A DNA stretch of 64,000 nt from Hydrolagus colliei. Lineage: Eukaryota. The translations under genes were made by a program, and so were the position numbers. The DNA lies in assembly GCA_035084275.1 (NCBI GenBank), contig CM068747.1:1736001-1800000 (forward strand), in the 5' to 3' direction. The notes under the pieces are model-generated. The model was not told the origin of the DNA, made no database searches, and saw nothing but the letters and a program-made list of their open reading frames with translations. Positions 33,458 through 47,440 of this stretch are shown here, in pieces. Numbering within the stretch: position 1 is the first letter of the stretch; every line of letters starts with the position of its first letter.

Positions 33458-36400
33458 ATAAATCTCGGTAGAAAAAAATTATTTAACCACTTAAATCAAT
33501 GAAATGTCATAAATCTATGTGGACCATTTTGTAAGTGTGTTTGAATATCCTAGCAGCCTCCCTATGGGTTCATGTGTTTTGCATTTTGTATTTTAGGAAC
33601 ATAAGATGTGTGTAGTTAGACTCTTGAATATCTGGTATTCTCGCGCAGGTTTGCTTAACGTAGTTTCGCTTTCAGCTGTGTATGTGGGAATGTATTACAA
33701 TTTCACCTAACATTTCATTGGTATCTAAGAGTTGAATGGCAAAAGTTTATACTGATGCTAATCTAATAAAATGGAGAGTGATGAGGTTCTCATGTGATGG
33801 ATCAAGGCTGTCATCTGATGGATGAAGGTTGAATGCATCAAAAAGCATCATTATGTGAAGCATACAATGTTAGACACAGTAAATGTCTGAAAAAAAAACT
33901 AATGTTTCCTCTCAAGGTTATTAAGTGAATTTAAAAATAAGTGATCCAAGTTGTCACATTGGCCCACATCAGCATAAATAAATTAATTGCATGCAAAAGC
34001 TTTACTAGGCAAGAGCCAAAAAAGAAGCAAGATAAACCAGACCATTTCTCACCAAGATGGGCTGTATGAATAAATAGGATGTGGTATAATACAGTTGATT
34101 TGAACCAAAATATTGATTTGAGTCTTTGATTGATTTTTACAACGGGTACTTTAGACATAAATGAGATTATGGATTTACTATCAAATGCTGGTTATGGTCG
34201 CTCATGTTGTTTGATTGTTAACTACTCATGTCTCTCAATATTACAATGCAGAGATCTGTCATAAAACAAGGTTACCATGCCAGTTAAAATATAGAGTCAA
34301 TGCATTAATTTTGTCATGTCATTAGACATTCATTAAAATATTTTTCTTAAATTAAGATGGATTTATATCTGTAAAATGGTTGGAAGAGAGATTATATCAG
34401 GACCAAATGCACAAGTGCTGGAAACCTACAATATGCCATTAGCAACTGAGTCTTGACAATCGCAGTTATTTCTTCAAAAGAAATTGTGTGGGATTTTAAT
34501 GTTTCCGCAATACTCACTTAGTACTGCAGCTATATAACACTCCCGCACATCTCAGTAGTTAACTCTATTGCTGGAGCTTATATCAGCATTGGCTCAATGG
34601 GCCAAATGACCTCCTCTTACGCTGTAATTCTATGATTCATTAATCTGTACTGAGATATAAAATTAAAATACTAAATAGCTATAATTATTTAATAAATGAT
34701 AAAAGCAAAAGTTTGACTTAAAAAAAATTCAATATAATATTTGAAGGGTTTTTTTGCTAAAGCACACAGATAAGCTGGCAAACATATCTTTGAAAACGAA
34801 CACAGAAAACCGACACAAAATCAAAGACAAGGGACAAATACAATGAAAGCAGATATTAACACTGCAGTCATACAGTACCTAATTTGCTCATCAAAGAGCA
34901 TCTGTTTCACAATTCCATTGCCGGACCTGTGTGTGTGTGTCTGATTTAAAATTACTTAATACGTTTATAATGCATTTGGTTCCAAATCTCATTACAAGTC
35001 AATAACCTATTATATAATTAGCTGTAACATTTGCCCTGAATATATTTTGAAGACCCTGACGTTCTCTTGAAAAATATAGTTTTCATTAGAAATTTAGTGT
35101 TAAATTAAGTTCCTGGGATTCAATTAAAATTACAAGTAAAAATTTATGAAAAATTGTCTGAGCTCATTACAGACATTAACTGACATCCATTTAGCCTTTA
35201 TATTTGTTCTAAATAAATTCAAGTTAAGCCATTGAGCCATACCGTGTATTTTCCATATGTGTTTCTGAATGCAAACAGAATATAACAGAACTCTCTAATG
35301 TTGTGAGTGAAACAGGATTACTGGTAACATTTTCCATATACCGTATAATAATCAGGTACATCATTTGGAAGAATATATTTTGTTCTATGTTATCAAAGTA
35401 TAGATGTATCAATCTGACTTAGTTATCATTTGTTTGCTGCAATACCATTTAAACACCATGACTTAATTGTTAGATATTTGCTTTGTTGTGTTCAATGTCT
35501 GAGAAATCCTTGATTTATAGATAGATTAGCTCATTTGTCTTCTCATGGCACACCTTTGTTGTGAAATGTTTGATTCATGGCCTCAATTGTAATCTTTCAC
35601 CACTGTTTTTCTTTGTAGTTCGGTTCTTTGTGGATTTAGAAACAATTAAAAAGAAATTCTATGCTGGCTTCAAGATTATAACCAAAGCTGTGAAGCTGAA
35701 TCAAACACCCACGACAAAAGTAAGCTATCAGACAACTTAGCATCACTGCACATCAATCAAGGGTTTAACTTCCCATCTCTAAGGAATGATTATACAATAG
35801 GAAACCTTGTCAGTTAATCGTTATTAGAGGACCAAAATGACTCTTTTGCTGAGGATTCTCAAAAGTGGAAATGGCAAAACAACAACAACAACAGCAACAA
35901 AATTACACTTGTACAGCGCCTTTCACGTCACTACTAAGCAAAATGCTTAGGTTAACAAGGAATTTTCTTGTAATTGCTTATTTTTCAAATACAACGTAGG
36001 AATAAACCCACCATCATTGAACCAGTGTGTAAAATTATGAGACATAAAAATAACAACTTGCATTTATTTATCGCACTTCACTCAGAGTGGCGTCCCAGAA
36101 TGTTTGACTGTGGCTAAACACTGGTAATATTTATAATAATATAATTATTTTAGTATATTAGAAAAGTATATCGTTTGCATGAATTAATATATAGAAAAAT
36201 ACTGCACCAAAACACCCCAAAATAGCTAATAACACAAACACAAACAATCACGGTAACAAAGAGGGATAGAATGAAAAACATGGGTTCTGGGCTGGAACAA
36301 AGTTTCCATATAAAAGCATATTCCGTGTTAGTGCACCAGAAGGTGGAGATCTCAAACTGTTAAATATACCTGAAGAGAAGGTGAGAGGCAACCTTGTTCC

Positions 36401-38398
36401 TATGAGGAGACTTGATGGCAAATACTAAGCTAAAAGCTCTAGGGAAGTCAGTAGAGTGCTTTGACTGAGGGTCGAAATGTCATCTCTTTAGATGTAACAT
36501 GGAATGACTGAAACTTCTCTGCCGGTTAGTCCCAGTGCATTCACCCCATGGCTATTTGTAAAAATGCGTGTTCTCTCTTTCAACACTGCACGCATTTTTT
36601 TTCACTTAGAAGACAGAAATTATTCATACCTCTGAGGCTACTGAGTTTGGGTTCCTTCACAACCTTCCCTATCAGCCGAAAATATCCTACTTGCTATTTT
36701 CTCATCAAAGGGTTACAAATCTATGAATAAATGTAATATATATTTGCCATCCTGGCAGTATCTTTTGTATGCAAGTAGTTCAGTGTGAAGTAAGGGTTTT
36801 ACTGAGTACCATGCTGCTAAATAGAATAGAATCAAAATGTATTTTAAAAGGGACAAAAAAGCATTTCATGCCCTATGAAGTGACCCAAACTTAGGAAGTC
36901 CTATAGAACTGTGATTGAAAGCACTGTCATATTCCATTCCCTTTTAAATGACAGAAAATGGCTGATTTTCCCTTTCTTGGTTGTCAATATATGCTCAAAC
37001 AACCCTCAGAGTGAGATATTAAATAATGTCTATAATTTGATTGCTATGGATTAGACAAAGAATGATCTTGCTTTGTAACTGCCAGTTTTTGTCTAACACC
37101 CCCCGCCCCCAAGGGTGAAGGATTCATCTTTGTCAGATGGAAAGAAGGTAGACAGCTATAATCATTTCAGTATTAAGTGCTGAAAGTGATGGCTAGAGTG
37201 ACATCAGTGGTCAATACCTATTAATGAATGCAGGAAATAAAACTACAGAAGCCACTCCAGAAGATTGTGGTATATTTCAGGATACAAAACTGAATTGTAG
37301 CCAGACCATCAGAAATGATCCACAGTAATTAAGATTTTTATCTCAACATTTTATGACTTCCTGAAAAGAACCCATAAAATGACAACTATTAAATATGTAA
37401 GATAAAAAATATTTTGTTGCTCCTTTCCTTTGACTGATGTAATGCTTATATTAAGTCAAAATGCATAATGTCAAATATTGGTTAACCAGCAAATTGTAGA
37501 AAGCCTGAGCCTCTGTTATTCAATATATGCCCCCAATTTTTAAAATATAATTTTCATCTATGTAGCTATTCTAATACAAAATAATAATTTTCAACACACA
37601 GCTCATTTTTTACCTTGTTACAAGGCGGTGAATTGATGTAAAACATGGGCACAAGAATGAAAGATGTGAACTGAAACTTCCACTGACCTAAACTGTTTTA
37701 AAGTGCAGCCTGAGTATACAATCTAAAAGGGTAACTTTATACACTCACTGAACTGAATATTGAAAACAATAGTAAGGCTTCAGGATCTCTGTTTGTAAGC
37801 AAAATGTTACTACAGTATTACAATACAATTGCACAAATTCCAAATACGGAAAATAGTTTGCTTTCTTAGTTTACAAAACAGTCGTGAGCCAACTCATTCA
37901 ATCAGCCCTCCATCAGTTACAAAAGTAGACTACTGTATTTACATAAGAATCAGACTGAGTTCGTACCATTGTAAAACAGAAATACATACTTAGTCAACTT
38001 ATCTCACTGTACAGATAAGGAATCCAAAACATTAGAGAAAAATAGAAAGAATTCACAGCAGTAAGTATAGCATCAATAATAAGAATTAAATGTGGAATAA
38101 ATATTGAATTACCAGAAGCAAATTTTTTCTAGCATAAGCAAATAAATAATTTGAATGTTCGATTGGCTATAATAACGCTTTCTCTCCATTGCAGAAAACA
38201 TGTCACGGGCAATATACTATGTTGAACATTTCACAATAGTATTCCATGCAGCAGTATTAAATTCAATTCTATCAATAATTTATGTTTATCTAATGAATAA
38301 GGTTAAACTGAAGATCAAAATACAGCAATAATTCAAAACTGTTAACATCATAATCTTTGCTATAAAAAGAAGAATGAATAAAGAAGGAGTCTTCCTAC

Positions 38399-38525
38399 CG
38401 GATGAATGAAAGACCACTTCGTTGGCTGAATGGGGCCCAACATCAACAGTTAGCATTAATGCAACTTTTCTCATATCCCAAAGCTTCAGTATTCCAGAAG
38501 AGTCACATGAAACGATTGTGTCACA
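38399..38525 (-). CDS. SPAG16: SPAG16 penultimate coding exon (127 bp): CDTIVSCDSSGILKLWDMRKVALMLTVDVGPHSANEVVFHSS(G)
   Basis: Acceptor ctgacag|, donor G|gtagga. Overlaps ORF 38286..38474(-). Ends in phase 1, joining GT of the last exon to give Gly. Confidence 0.95.
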
Positions 38526-38585
38526 CTGTCAGGGAAACATAATCACTAACATCTGTAGTGATATACAAAGCTTCAGATCCTTATA

Positions 38586-38760
38586 TAGTAAAATAATCCT
38601 TGCATTTGATATAGCACCTGATCACATCTTTGAGACGTCTCAAAGCGCTTCACAGAATATACTGTAAAGTGAATTGATTGTAGGCTTTGTGGGTGAACAG
38701 TGACAACCAATTGCACATAGCAGTGTACCACAAACAGTGTGGATTGAATAGTTGAAATGA
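38586..38760 (-). mobile_element. SINE 3' half about 60 bp upstream of a SPAG16 exon
   Basis: aataatccttgcatttgatatagc..caaagcgcttcacagaatatactgtaaagtgaattga. Confidence 0.88.
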
Positions 38761-40431
38761 TCCTGATAACATACACAACCCTGAGTGTACAATATTTCTT
38801 ATTTTCTATTATTATTTCTTCTTTTTTGTACCTGAAAATAAGGCCAGAGATTTGCACGTTTCTATCAGAGATGTGACCCTATCAATTGGTTACTACATCT
38901 TTGGTTACAAACCAGCCGGTTTGTTAAGGTAAAAAAAAAACTTTTTTGGAAAAATAAAGCATTGGACAGTATGAAAGAAATTTTTAAAAGTTATGAATAT
39001 TTCCAAAATAATGTCAGAATAAGTAGAAATAATGAATTGAGCAACAAGAGTGAGAGATGAGAAAATAGTATGGGGTGGGTGGGAGGGAGGTGGGAGAGGT
39101 CACTTTGTCCCCAACTCCTGCAACAAAAGCTGTATAGGGTAGGGCAGACCTACATAACCACGCTACTATGCTACAGAAGCAGATGATTTAAATACATTGA
39201 TATTTACCTATGCTCACTAGTACTGTACTATGATGAAATGATTCTGGTTCATTATAGCAGAAGGAATACTTTGATAAACTAAATATCGTGTGATTCATAG
39301 ACAATCATATGATCCATACATATACTGTACTTCTGTTGAGGGTAATTTACATTTCAAGCTTGATTTATTAAATTAAAGGCAAATATTTAGCAACACTTGC
39401 AAATTATTCAAAGGAAAGTTAGAAATTGGTTTTGGCAGTATTACTAGATTTGGTCTCAGTCTTTCAGAATTTTACATGAATGGAAAATCAATAACTTAGC
39501 TTGGAGCATATACATATTTCTCAAAGGGGACAGGGGGCTGATTACTGTTAAGAACATTTTATTTCTGGAGCAAAGTATTAGTTCAAAAGGAATTGTATGC
39601 TCAAATAGAGGCTAGTTGGTACAGATTCAGTGAGCGTTACATCCTAGCTAGGGTACAGTTTAGCTGAGGGATTTAGTAAACAATCTAATTATCAGAAAGA
39701 GCTGCAAAAAATAACTATACTCATTGGAGCAGCAATGAATAAAAAGTAGAAAAAAATGGCACATGCACTGTTATTCAATCTTGAAGAACTAAATGTCATG
39801 GCAAAGATACTATGCTAACTGAGAATCAATACAACAATAATTGTCAACATGCCTGCATCTAGCATTATATAACTATCTAATCTGTTGAGTGTCCAGCTCA
39901 TTTTAAGCAGGGTTCTGTTGAAGACTGGATTCAAATGCAGGATGCGAAGCTCACTTAAAGCAGTTAACCAGTCGTCATCAAGAGTTACCGGCTACTCCAA
40001 AAAATAGTTGTTTTAAGACCATAATACTTTTTTCTAGTCCTTTCAGAAAATGGGAAGAATCAAGAGATGGGTAAGATAGCATGTTTTGGTGGTATGGAAA
40101 GAAAAAACAGTAATTGCTGGTTATATCTGCGCGAGTGCTACCTTGTGTTCTGAAAAGTCTAAAATACTTTGATAGTCTAATAATTAATGACATGATAGTC
40201 TAATAATTAATGACCTGTAACTTATAACTAAGGCATATTAAATTAATTTGGGAAATAGGTGATATTTAGCATAAAGTGATCTGGGAAATGACCTCGCAAG
40301 AACGGTGTTATATAAATGTATGTTGTTGAAGTAGAGTTTTACTGTTACATAAAAAGTGATCTGTTTGACAAATACAAAACACTTGAATGTGGCAGATTTT
40401 GGGGATTTCCTGGCTGTATAATCTTCCTCTA

Positions 40432-40999
40432 TCTATATCTATTATACTAATAAAATGACAATGTCTGTCTGTGCTTCAAGAAGGATATCAATAATGAATT
40501 GATGTAGAGACATGATTTATACCTCATCAGAAAGGTTTTGTGCCTAGGAGTGACGTGGGCACATTTGTTTGCTGTGGCATTGTGCATCTCAGAGCACCTA
40601 CATATGCACACACACAATGCAGTTGCATCGGTTGACCATTGATCCTGTCGGCTGTGACATTGTGCGTCACAGAGCACATACGAATGTATGCACTGCAGTT
40701 ACCCCCGGTGGCCACGCTGACCGACCGTAGTGATGTGGCATCCTCCGTCACAGAGCCCGCAAGTGGCCGAGCGGCGTGAATAAAATAGAAAAACAGACAC
40801 CGCTAATCCACGGCAACAACAACGACAAAATTGCATTTTTAAAGCACAGAGCATGCCCACTGAGTCCGACTAAAGGTAGTCCTCCCACAGGATTCCTCCA
40901 AGATGAGTAAAGATAAAGATGAAATGTCTGCCTGTGGGTCAATCTTCATTCCATATTGGATCGTTTAGTTGCACGTGTAGCTGTAACAGGTACAGCTAG
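40432..40999 (+). mobile_element. Non-autonomous Helitron-like element, copy 1
   Basis: Starts A|TCTATATCTATTATACTAATAAAA..TGTCTGTCTGTG and ends with hairpin TAGCTGTA-acagg-TACAGCTA and CTAG. No TIRs. Colinear homologue at 21921-22427. Confidence 0.6.
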
Positions 41000-41579
41000 A
41001 TTAAAATAAGGCACCTCTTTAAAGTTATTATTTTTTCAGCTACAACAGAACTAGCACGAGCTGTCTCTGGTGCTGCAGACAATAATTGATTCCAATGACT
41101 CATCCAGATAATGCACAGCAGCCATCACATTACTGATAACTGATGGCACTAACAGTAAGGCACTAACAGTAAAGTAATATTTTTTTTTCCCGTAAATAGA
41201 TAAAGTTTCAAACAGATTTTGTTCGTTGCCGAGTCCGTTTCAAAAAAAGAATCCAAAGTATATTTATGCTAAATCACGACACAGACCATTTTACACGGTG
41301 TTGCTGTTTGTCACTTAAAATGCAGTGATCAATTGAATGTTTTTGGCACAAAAAATAGTATAACTGAATCTATAGAATAAAGGCAGCAGCAGCAGAAACT
41401 GGGGGAGGTGGAAATGATCAACACAATGGAAATCAGTTCATTAGAGGCAAGACATACAAAATAATTTAAAAGATAACTATGTAGAAGAAGACTCGTTTCT
41501 AATATGAAGGTGAAGAGTTAAAACCATACAATGTTTTTACATTAAGAATGCATCATAAAAGATATAAGAAACCTATTCA

Positions 41580-41690
41580 TAACAAATACAGTCAATTAAC
41601 TTTGTAGTATATTCTGTGAAGCGCTTTGAGACATATAGAAGATGTGAAAAATGCTACAATAAATGCAAGGATTATATTATTTTTATTATT
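41580..41690 (+). mobile_element. SINE tail
   Basis: Same family tail as the other copies. Confidence 0.8.
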
Positions 41691-42353
41691 CCTATGATCA
41701 GATATCTAGGTCAGTGATTGTTTGCACAGTTAGGATATGCATTATACACCTAAATCTAAATTCTGGAATAATTTAATTGGTAAAATTTGGATTATGTTTC
41801 TATGCTACACTGTTTCAAGTTGTTTTAGAACTTAATTGTCAATCTTATACAATTATTTTGATTTGTTGAAGTGTTAAGCTCTTGCAAGGTTATTTAGAAG
41901 CTGAAATTTATTTTAATTCGCTTTACACTTTGATATGAGAACTTTGATTTATTAAATAGAATTATACAAAGAACAAATACTTCAATAAATTATATGATAA
42001 AGAAATACGTTAAAAATGCAAACATTCCGAGCTAATCATGCAAATTTTCTTCAAGAGTTTAGATTTAAAAAATAATCATACTGTGAAGCATAATTTTTAA
42101 ATCCTTACTGTAGCTGTGAACAACGGGGTGCACAAATTAATGCTTCTCCTCAGTGTATGAAGGACAAACAATTCATTGTAGCAAACAGTTGTGCATGCTA
42201 AGTGCTCATTGAAGTAAACAGTCAGTAACTCACATTAGCCAAGGCAAATAAATTTAACTTGCATCAGAATATTTATTATTTTCTTCAGTAAGAGCTGCAG
42301 GGCTTCAAGTGTGACCAATACATAAATAAGAATTATATGTAGAAGGAACTTAC

Positions 42354-42419
42354 CTTCAAGTTCATGGTTGCATAATTGCAGGAATGCACGTGACCAAAGA
42401 AAGTCTGTGCACAAAGCCC
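42354..42419 (-). CDS. SPAG16: SPAG16 coding exon (66 bp): GLCAQTFFGHVHSCNYATMNLK
   Basis: Acceptor cttctttag|, donor AAG|gtaagt, phase 0-0. Matches recalled SPAG16 GICEQSLYGHMHSINDAIFDPR. Too short for the ORF track. Confidence 0.93.
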
Positions 42420-43391
42420 CTAAAGAAGAAGAAATACCGGATGAAGTGATTAGTGAATTACTGAATTATCATAGTCTAATTAATTTGGGGAGTGAATGAA
42501 GTAAACAAATATATAATTATATTCAAAGTGCCTTGCAGGAGACATTATAGAAAGAGTTTTTTTTATGACTTGGTTAGATCACAGCGCCTTCTAATTAATA
42601 CTTTCAGAGCATCCCATCAGTCAGTGACTGTCATGCTTACTTGCACAAAAGAGTGTCATTTGGTGTCTGCCTAAAATCATTTTGAGATGATAAATCTCAA
42701 AGGAACTCCTATTAATAAACCTGTACACAGCGGTAAAATGCTAAACTTGGTCAGTCTCATTGGGGAGATATTAATGATAGCACCTGTGTTGATCTTAATT
42801 GAGCCGATGGATAAATAGTAAAAGAACATAGCAAACTTGAAAAGATCTTTTAGTTTGTTGTAGAGATGAGAGAGAATTCTTCAAAGGTCTCCAGAGTATT
42901 GGACGAATATTTAATTAATTAAATACAATTCATAGATTTATCTTTTTCTTAATCACAAATGCAATCCTTTTTCTCTCTCTTGGTATCTATTTAACACCAT
43001 AGTCCTAAGGTCATTGGAAAAAAATATGATTTGATTAAATTAATGCTAACAACTGCAGGCTACTCCACTTATGAGCAATATTGAATAAATGCTTGTTCCA
43101 ACAACACATAAGTCAGATTTTTTTCAAAAGAACTGATTTCTTAACAGACATACCCTCAAGCATAGTACTGTTAGCTTAATTTTTTTTGTCTCCTAAAAAA
43201 TTAAGTAATTGGGTTTCTTTTCATGCTTTTATAAATGATTGCTGTGCTTGATGCATTAAATGACTAATCTTTGTTTATTCTTTATTGCAATTGTTAACAC
43301 TGCTTTAACTGTTTGATAGCGCTAAAGTGCTTACAGTTCGATTGTTATTTTCTAGTTACTCTCCCCATAATTTTCTTCTCTAGTTTTTTTC

Positions 43392-44286
43392 CAGCAACAA
43401 CAGCAACTTTGATTTATATCGCGCCCTCCACACTGGACGGCGTCTCAGAGCGCTTCACAATAGCGGATCCTGGGACCGAGCCAGGGGCAGGGGCAGAAAG
43501 GTGACCAAAGGCACGGTCGAAGAGAAAGGTCTTCAGCTGTGACCTGAAGCTGGGAAGAGAGGGGGCAAGGTGAAGGGAGTGAGGGAGGGAATTCCAGAGC
43601 CTTAGGGCGTAGTGGCTGAAGGCACGGCCGCCGAGGGTGGAGTGGAGGATTTGGAGGATTTGGAGGGACATGAAGGAGGCCAGACCCAGAAGAGCGAAGG
43701 CAGCGGGTGCTGGATTGGGGGGAGAGGAGATCAGAGAGATAGGGGGATGCAGAAGAGTGGAGGGATTTGAAAACAAGGGTGAGGATCTTGAAGTCGATCC
43801 TCTCTGGGATAGGGAGCCAGTGAAGTCTGGCAAGGACTGGGGTAATGGGGGATCGAAGTTTGGTGCGGGTGAGTGTGCGGGCGGCAGAGGTTTGGATGAG
43901 TTGGATTTTATGGATTGTGGTGGAAGGGAGACCGGCGAGGAGGGCATTTGAATAATCCAGCCGTGAGGTGACGAAGGCGTGGACCAGGGATTCAGTGGCT
44001 TTTGGGGTGAGGTATTGCCGGAGACAAGCGATCCGTCGGAGGTGGAAGAAGGCGGTGCTGGTGAGGGACCGGATGTGGGGGAGGAAGGACAGTTGGGGGT
44101 CGAACCTGACGCCAAGGTTGCTTACAGGTTCGGAGAGTTTCAGGGAGAGACCGGGAAGGTGGAGGAGGTGAGAGCCATGTGAATGGAGACGTTGACGAGA
44201 GCCAAAGAGTATCGCCTCCATCTTGTCGACATTCAGCTGCAAGAAATTTGTGCTCATCCAGCTCCTGATGTCTGACAGGCAGGCTG
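43392..44286 (-). mobile_element. 5'-truncated L2-clade LINE, tail type B
   Basis: ORF 43445..44257(-) NFLQLNVDKMEA..SRLDYSNALL..LHWLPIPERIDFKIL. Tail gaagcgctctgagacg..ggagggcgcgatataaatcaaag(ttg)n. Confidence 0.95.
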
Positions 44287-45529
44287 AATAAAGAAAAGCC
44301 TAGTGTATAACCCATCTAAGCTAATTACCCTGGGGATATTTATTGGCTGATCCTTTAACTATCAATAAATCTACTGACCTTGGTAAATAGCAATGTCTGT
44401 TTCTCCACTGGTAAATAAATTAACTAACATCTCCCATAGACCTGAAAAACAACCAGCAATAGCCCACAAACAACCTATCGTAGCTCTAACATTGATATTC
44501 TGGAAGGAAATCCACTTTGTTTTCAGCTACCCCTGGATCTAACATCCTTCTCTCCTATGATGTAGTGCCAACCTTTTGACAGAAATGGCCTTGGTTGTCT
44601 CCAGTAAGACAATGCATGTTTAGTAATTGAAACAAATATCACAAAATGATTTGTACTGCATTGTTAGCGGTTCATTGCAGGGTTTCGTTTTGCTTACTGA
44701 TACATAATCACTGATTTTGCAGTTAAACCCCGTGAAGCACTTTGAGATATTGACAACATGATAAGTGGGGTATCACAAATGCAAGGATTATTTATTTATG
44801 TTGTTGACTTTCAAAAAGACCTTGCAATAATAATGCCTTTCTTCTTGCAATAAAGCTATAAATCCACATTTCAAAATATTGTGATCTCAGAGCAGCATCT
44901 TTGGTATACAATCCAAACTTCTATAATCTGTATCTCAGTGGTTTAGCGTCAATTAATTGGTTAAGCATTTCTGCTTACTTAATTATCCTTTGATGTAATA
45001 ATAAATTGTAAATGTTCCAAACATAACTATTCATTTCCTTTCATTGTTTTTTCATAAAACAGCAACATAGTACTCAAATAGGTTGCTTTGTCCAAGTACG
45101 CCTATAGGAGACAAAAAGGTAATGAAACAACTATTCTGGTGGCAAGGTAGCAAATAAAATGTTTCTACTGTCCAGTAATTGCAGCGAAGATTACAATCCC
45201 TATATTTTTCCCTGTTAAACTTGTTAAAAGGTTACATTATGTGTGTTATTTTTATGGCAAAGCATTCATGCTTTTGCTTAAATTAAGCAAAATCTTTCTC
45301 TAAAGTGGAGCAATTGATGAAGGAATACTATTGCCTGATCAACCTTGGGACTTATAGATATGAGGTTAAATATGAATATTTGCAATAACTTCTCCTTTCC
45401 TCTTTAAATTAGTTTGAAATGGTCAACTGCATTGTAACTGCATAGCTTTTGAAGTTACTTAAATTATCATTGGAACTTCAACTGTGAATTCCCTAAATAC
45501 ATACAAGTTTTGTTGGAGGAGGGGGAAGG

Positions 45530-45958
45530 GGACCCAGGCTGGAGATGGTGTCCGCCATGATCCCGAGGTACTGATAAGAATCAATAACTTGGATTGATGC
45601 CTCTTGAATCTTCCAATGAATTCCCTTGATATCTTCTTTTATGCCTCCAGTACCATGATTCGGCACTTGGAGGCAACTCCCATGATGACAGCAGCACAAT
45701 ATCATCCACAAACAAACGCATCGCGATCTGGTCAGAAACACCTGAAACGTATACATCAAGTCCTTCCTCCTCGATGCTATCCAACACGGCATTGATGAAC
45801 ACATTGAATAGGGTGTGTGACAATGGACAACCTTGCCTTATCCTCATTTCCAGAGGATGGGTTCAGTGGATCTCACATATCGTAGAGCTGGAATACACAT
45901 TCTGAATGAAATCCAGGAATTGGCCATGTCCTCTCATGGCTACCAGAGTCTTCATAGA
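45530..45958 (-). mobile_element. Decayed non-LTR reverse transcriptase fragment unlike the local L2/CR1 elements
   Basis: IRQGCPLSHTLFNVFIN (RT motif 4), LFVDD (motif 5) and, in another frame, SYQYLGI (motif 7). Stops and frameshifts present. Confidence 0.85.
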
Positions 45959-47440
45959 AGTATCATCTGTTCAGCAACTGTTCATTTATTTCCATTCCAT
46001 TAGGCACAGTACTAAGCATAGAGTGATAAATGCAATTACTAATGTATTGTGACCACTTACTAATTCTCTCCTGCCCTTGATGAACATCATTCCGTAGAAA
46101 TGAATAAGAAGAATATGCAAGCTAGATTTAGCACCTTTCTCCATTTTTGAAGCTGACTAACTGTTTCCTTCTACACCTATAATTTTGTCACATGAAAATA
46201 ACACATTCAACTCACTCTTGAAAGAATACCTTGGTAGCCTAATTAATGGGATTTGTGGGTTAAAAAGCATAAATAGATATCCGTGTGAATAATTAAGTAG
46301 AGTTGGAATACCTTTAATGATTGAATACAACTTAATTATGTTTAACAAAAGTAAAAATAAATGTTAAATCTGGGATTGATGGAATCTGTGAATTTGAGCA
46401 GGGATGCCACTTAAATGATACTGTAGTTTCAAACTATAGATAAGGACAGTAGGTTATGAGAAAAATGGATATCTAGAGAAAGATGCATCTGGCAGGGCTG
46501 GATAGTTGGGTTTTACAGTGATAACAGTCCACTGAAGAGCAGTTGATCTGCACTAAATCTCTGAACAACAAAAACAACAATAAAGTTACATTTATGTAGC
46601 ACCTTTCATGTTGGGGGGATGTCCCAAGGCACTGAACAGTCTTGACTAACAATCTGAGCCCTGTGTGGGGACTTCACTTGTCCATTTGGAATTTCACTCT
46701 GCATTCGGTTATTGCATCTACAAATCAGATATTAAAGCATTTACCTCCATAATTTGGATTATTACCATAGGAAATGCATCTGCCACAAAATTTCAGTTCC
46801 CTGGATTCCAACTAGAGGCAATTGAGTGGATGAAATAATTTTACTCGCATGGCATAAAACCGATAAGATTTTCATACATTGGTGGTTAGGTGAAGAAAAT
46901 AACACTTGCAATTTTTCATATCTGAAGCATAGAAACTTTATTATAGAGGTAGTTGAGCATTTGTGCTATCATTTTTATGGTAGGGAAAATAGGACATTTT
47001 TACTACCTGAAAAAGTAATAAAAACTTCAACATCTGAAACTGGGGAAATTAATGCTATGTGTTCATATTGCGAATTGCAACAATTCTAACAAAAGTTATC
47101 TTCAGAGTAAGCCGTATAAATCCAGTTGTTATTTAGGGTAATTCATATCAGAACCTCGATTCTGATAGTACCCCAAGAAGGTGGCTTCAGAAGCAGTTCA
47201 ATTCATACTGCAGTATAAGCGGCCTAGAAATTTTCAACAGACCAGTATTTTAAACTTCGGAATCTGATGTTAGTCTTTTAATGGTTCCAATGCTGTGCCA
47301 CCATTAAGAGCAATCCAAGACACTATCCTTCAGGAAGGGTGCTATATAAATGCAAGTTTTTCTTGTTGTAAATCGCTACAATTCTATGAGAAGTAAACAT
47401 TGGGTGCTTTATAGTGTTTTTGTATTATAAATAAAGAAAA

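Noticed and set aside
40170-40214. 23-bp tandem duplication
   Set aside because: Simple slippage duplication with no further structure.
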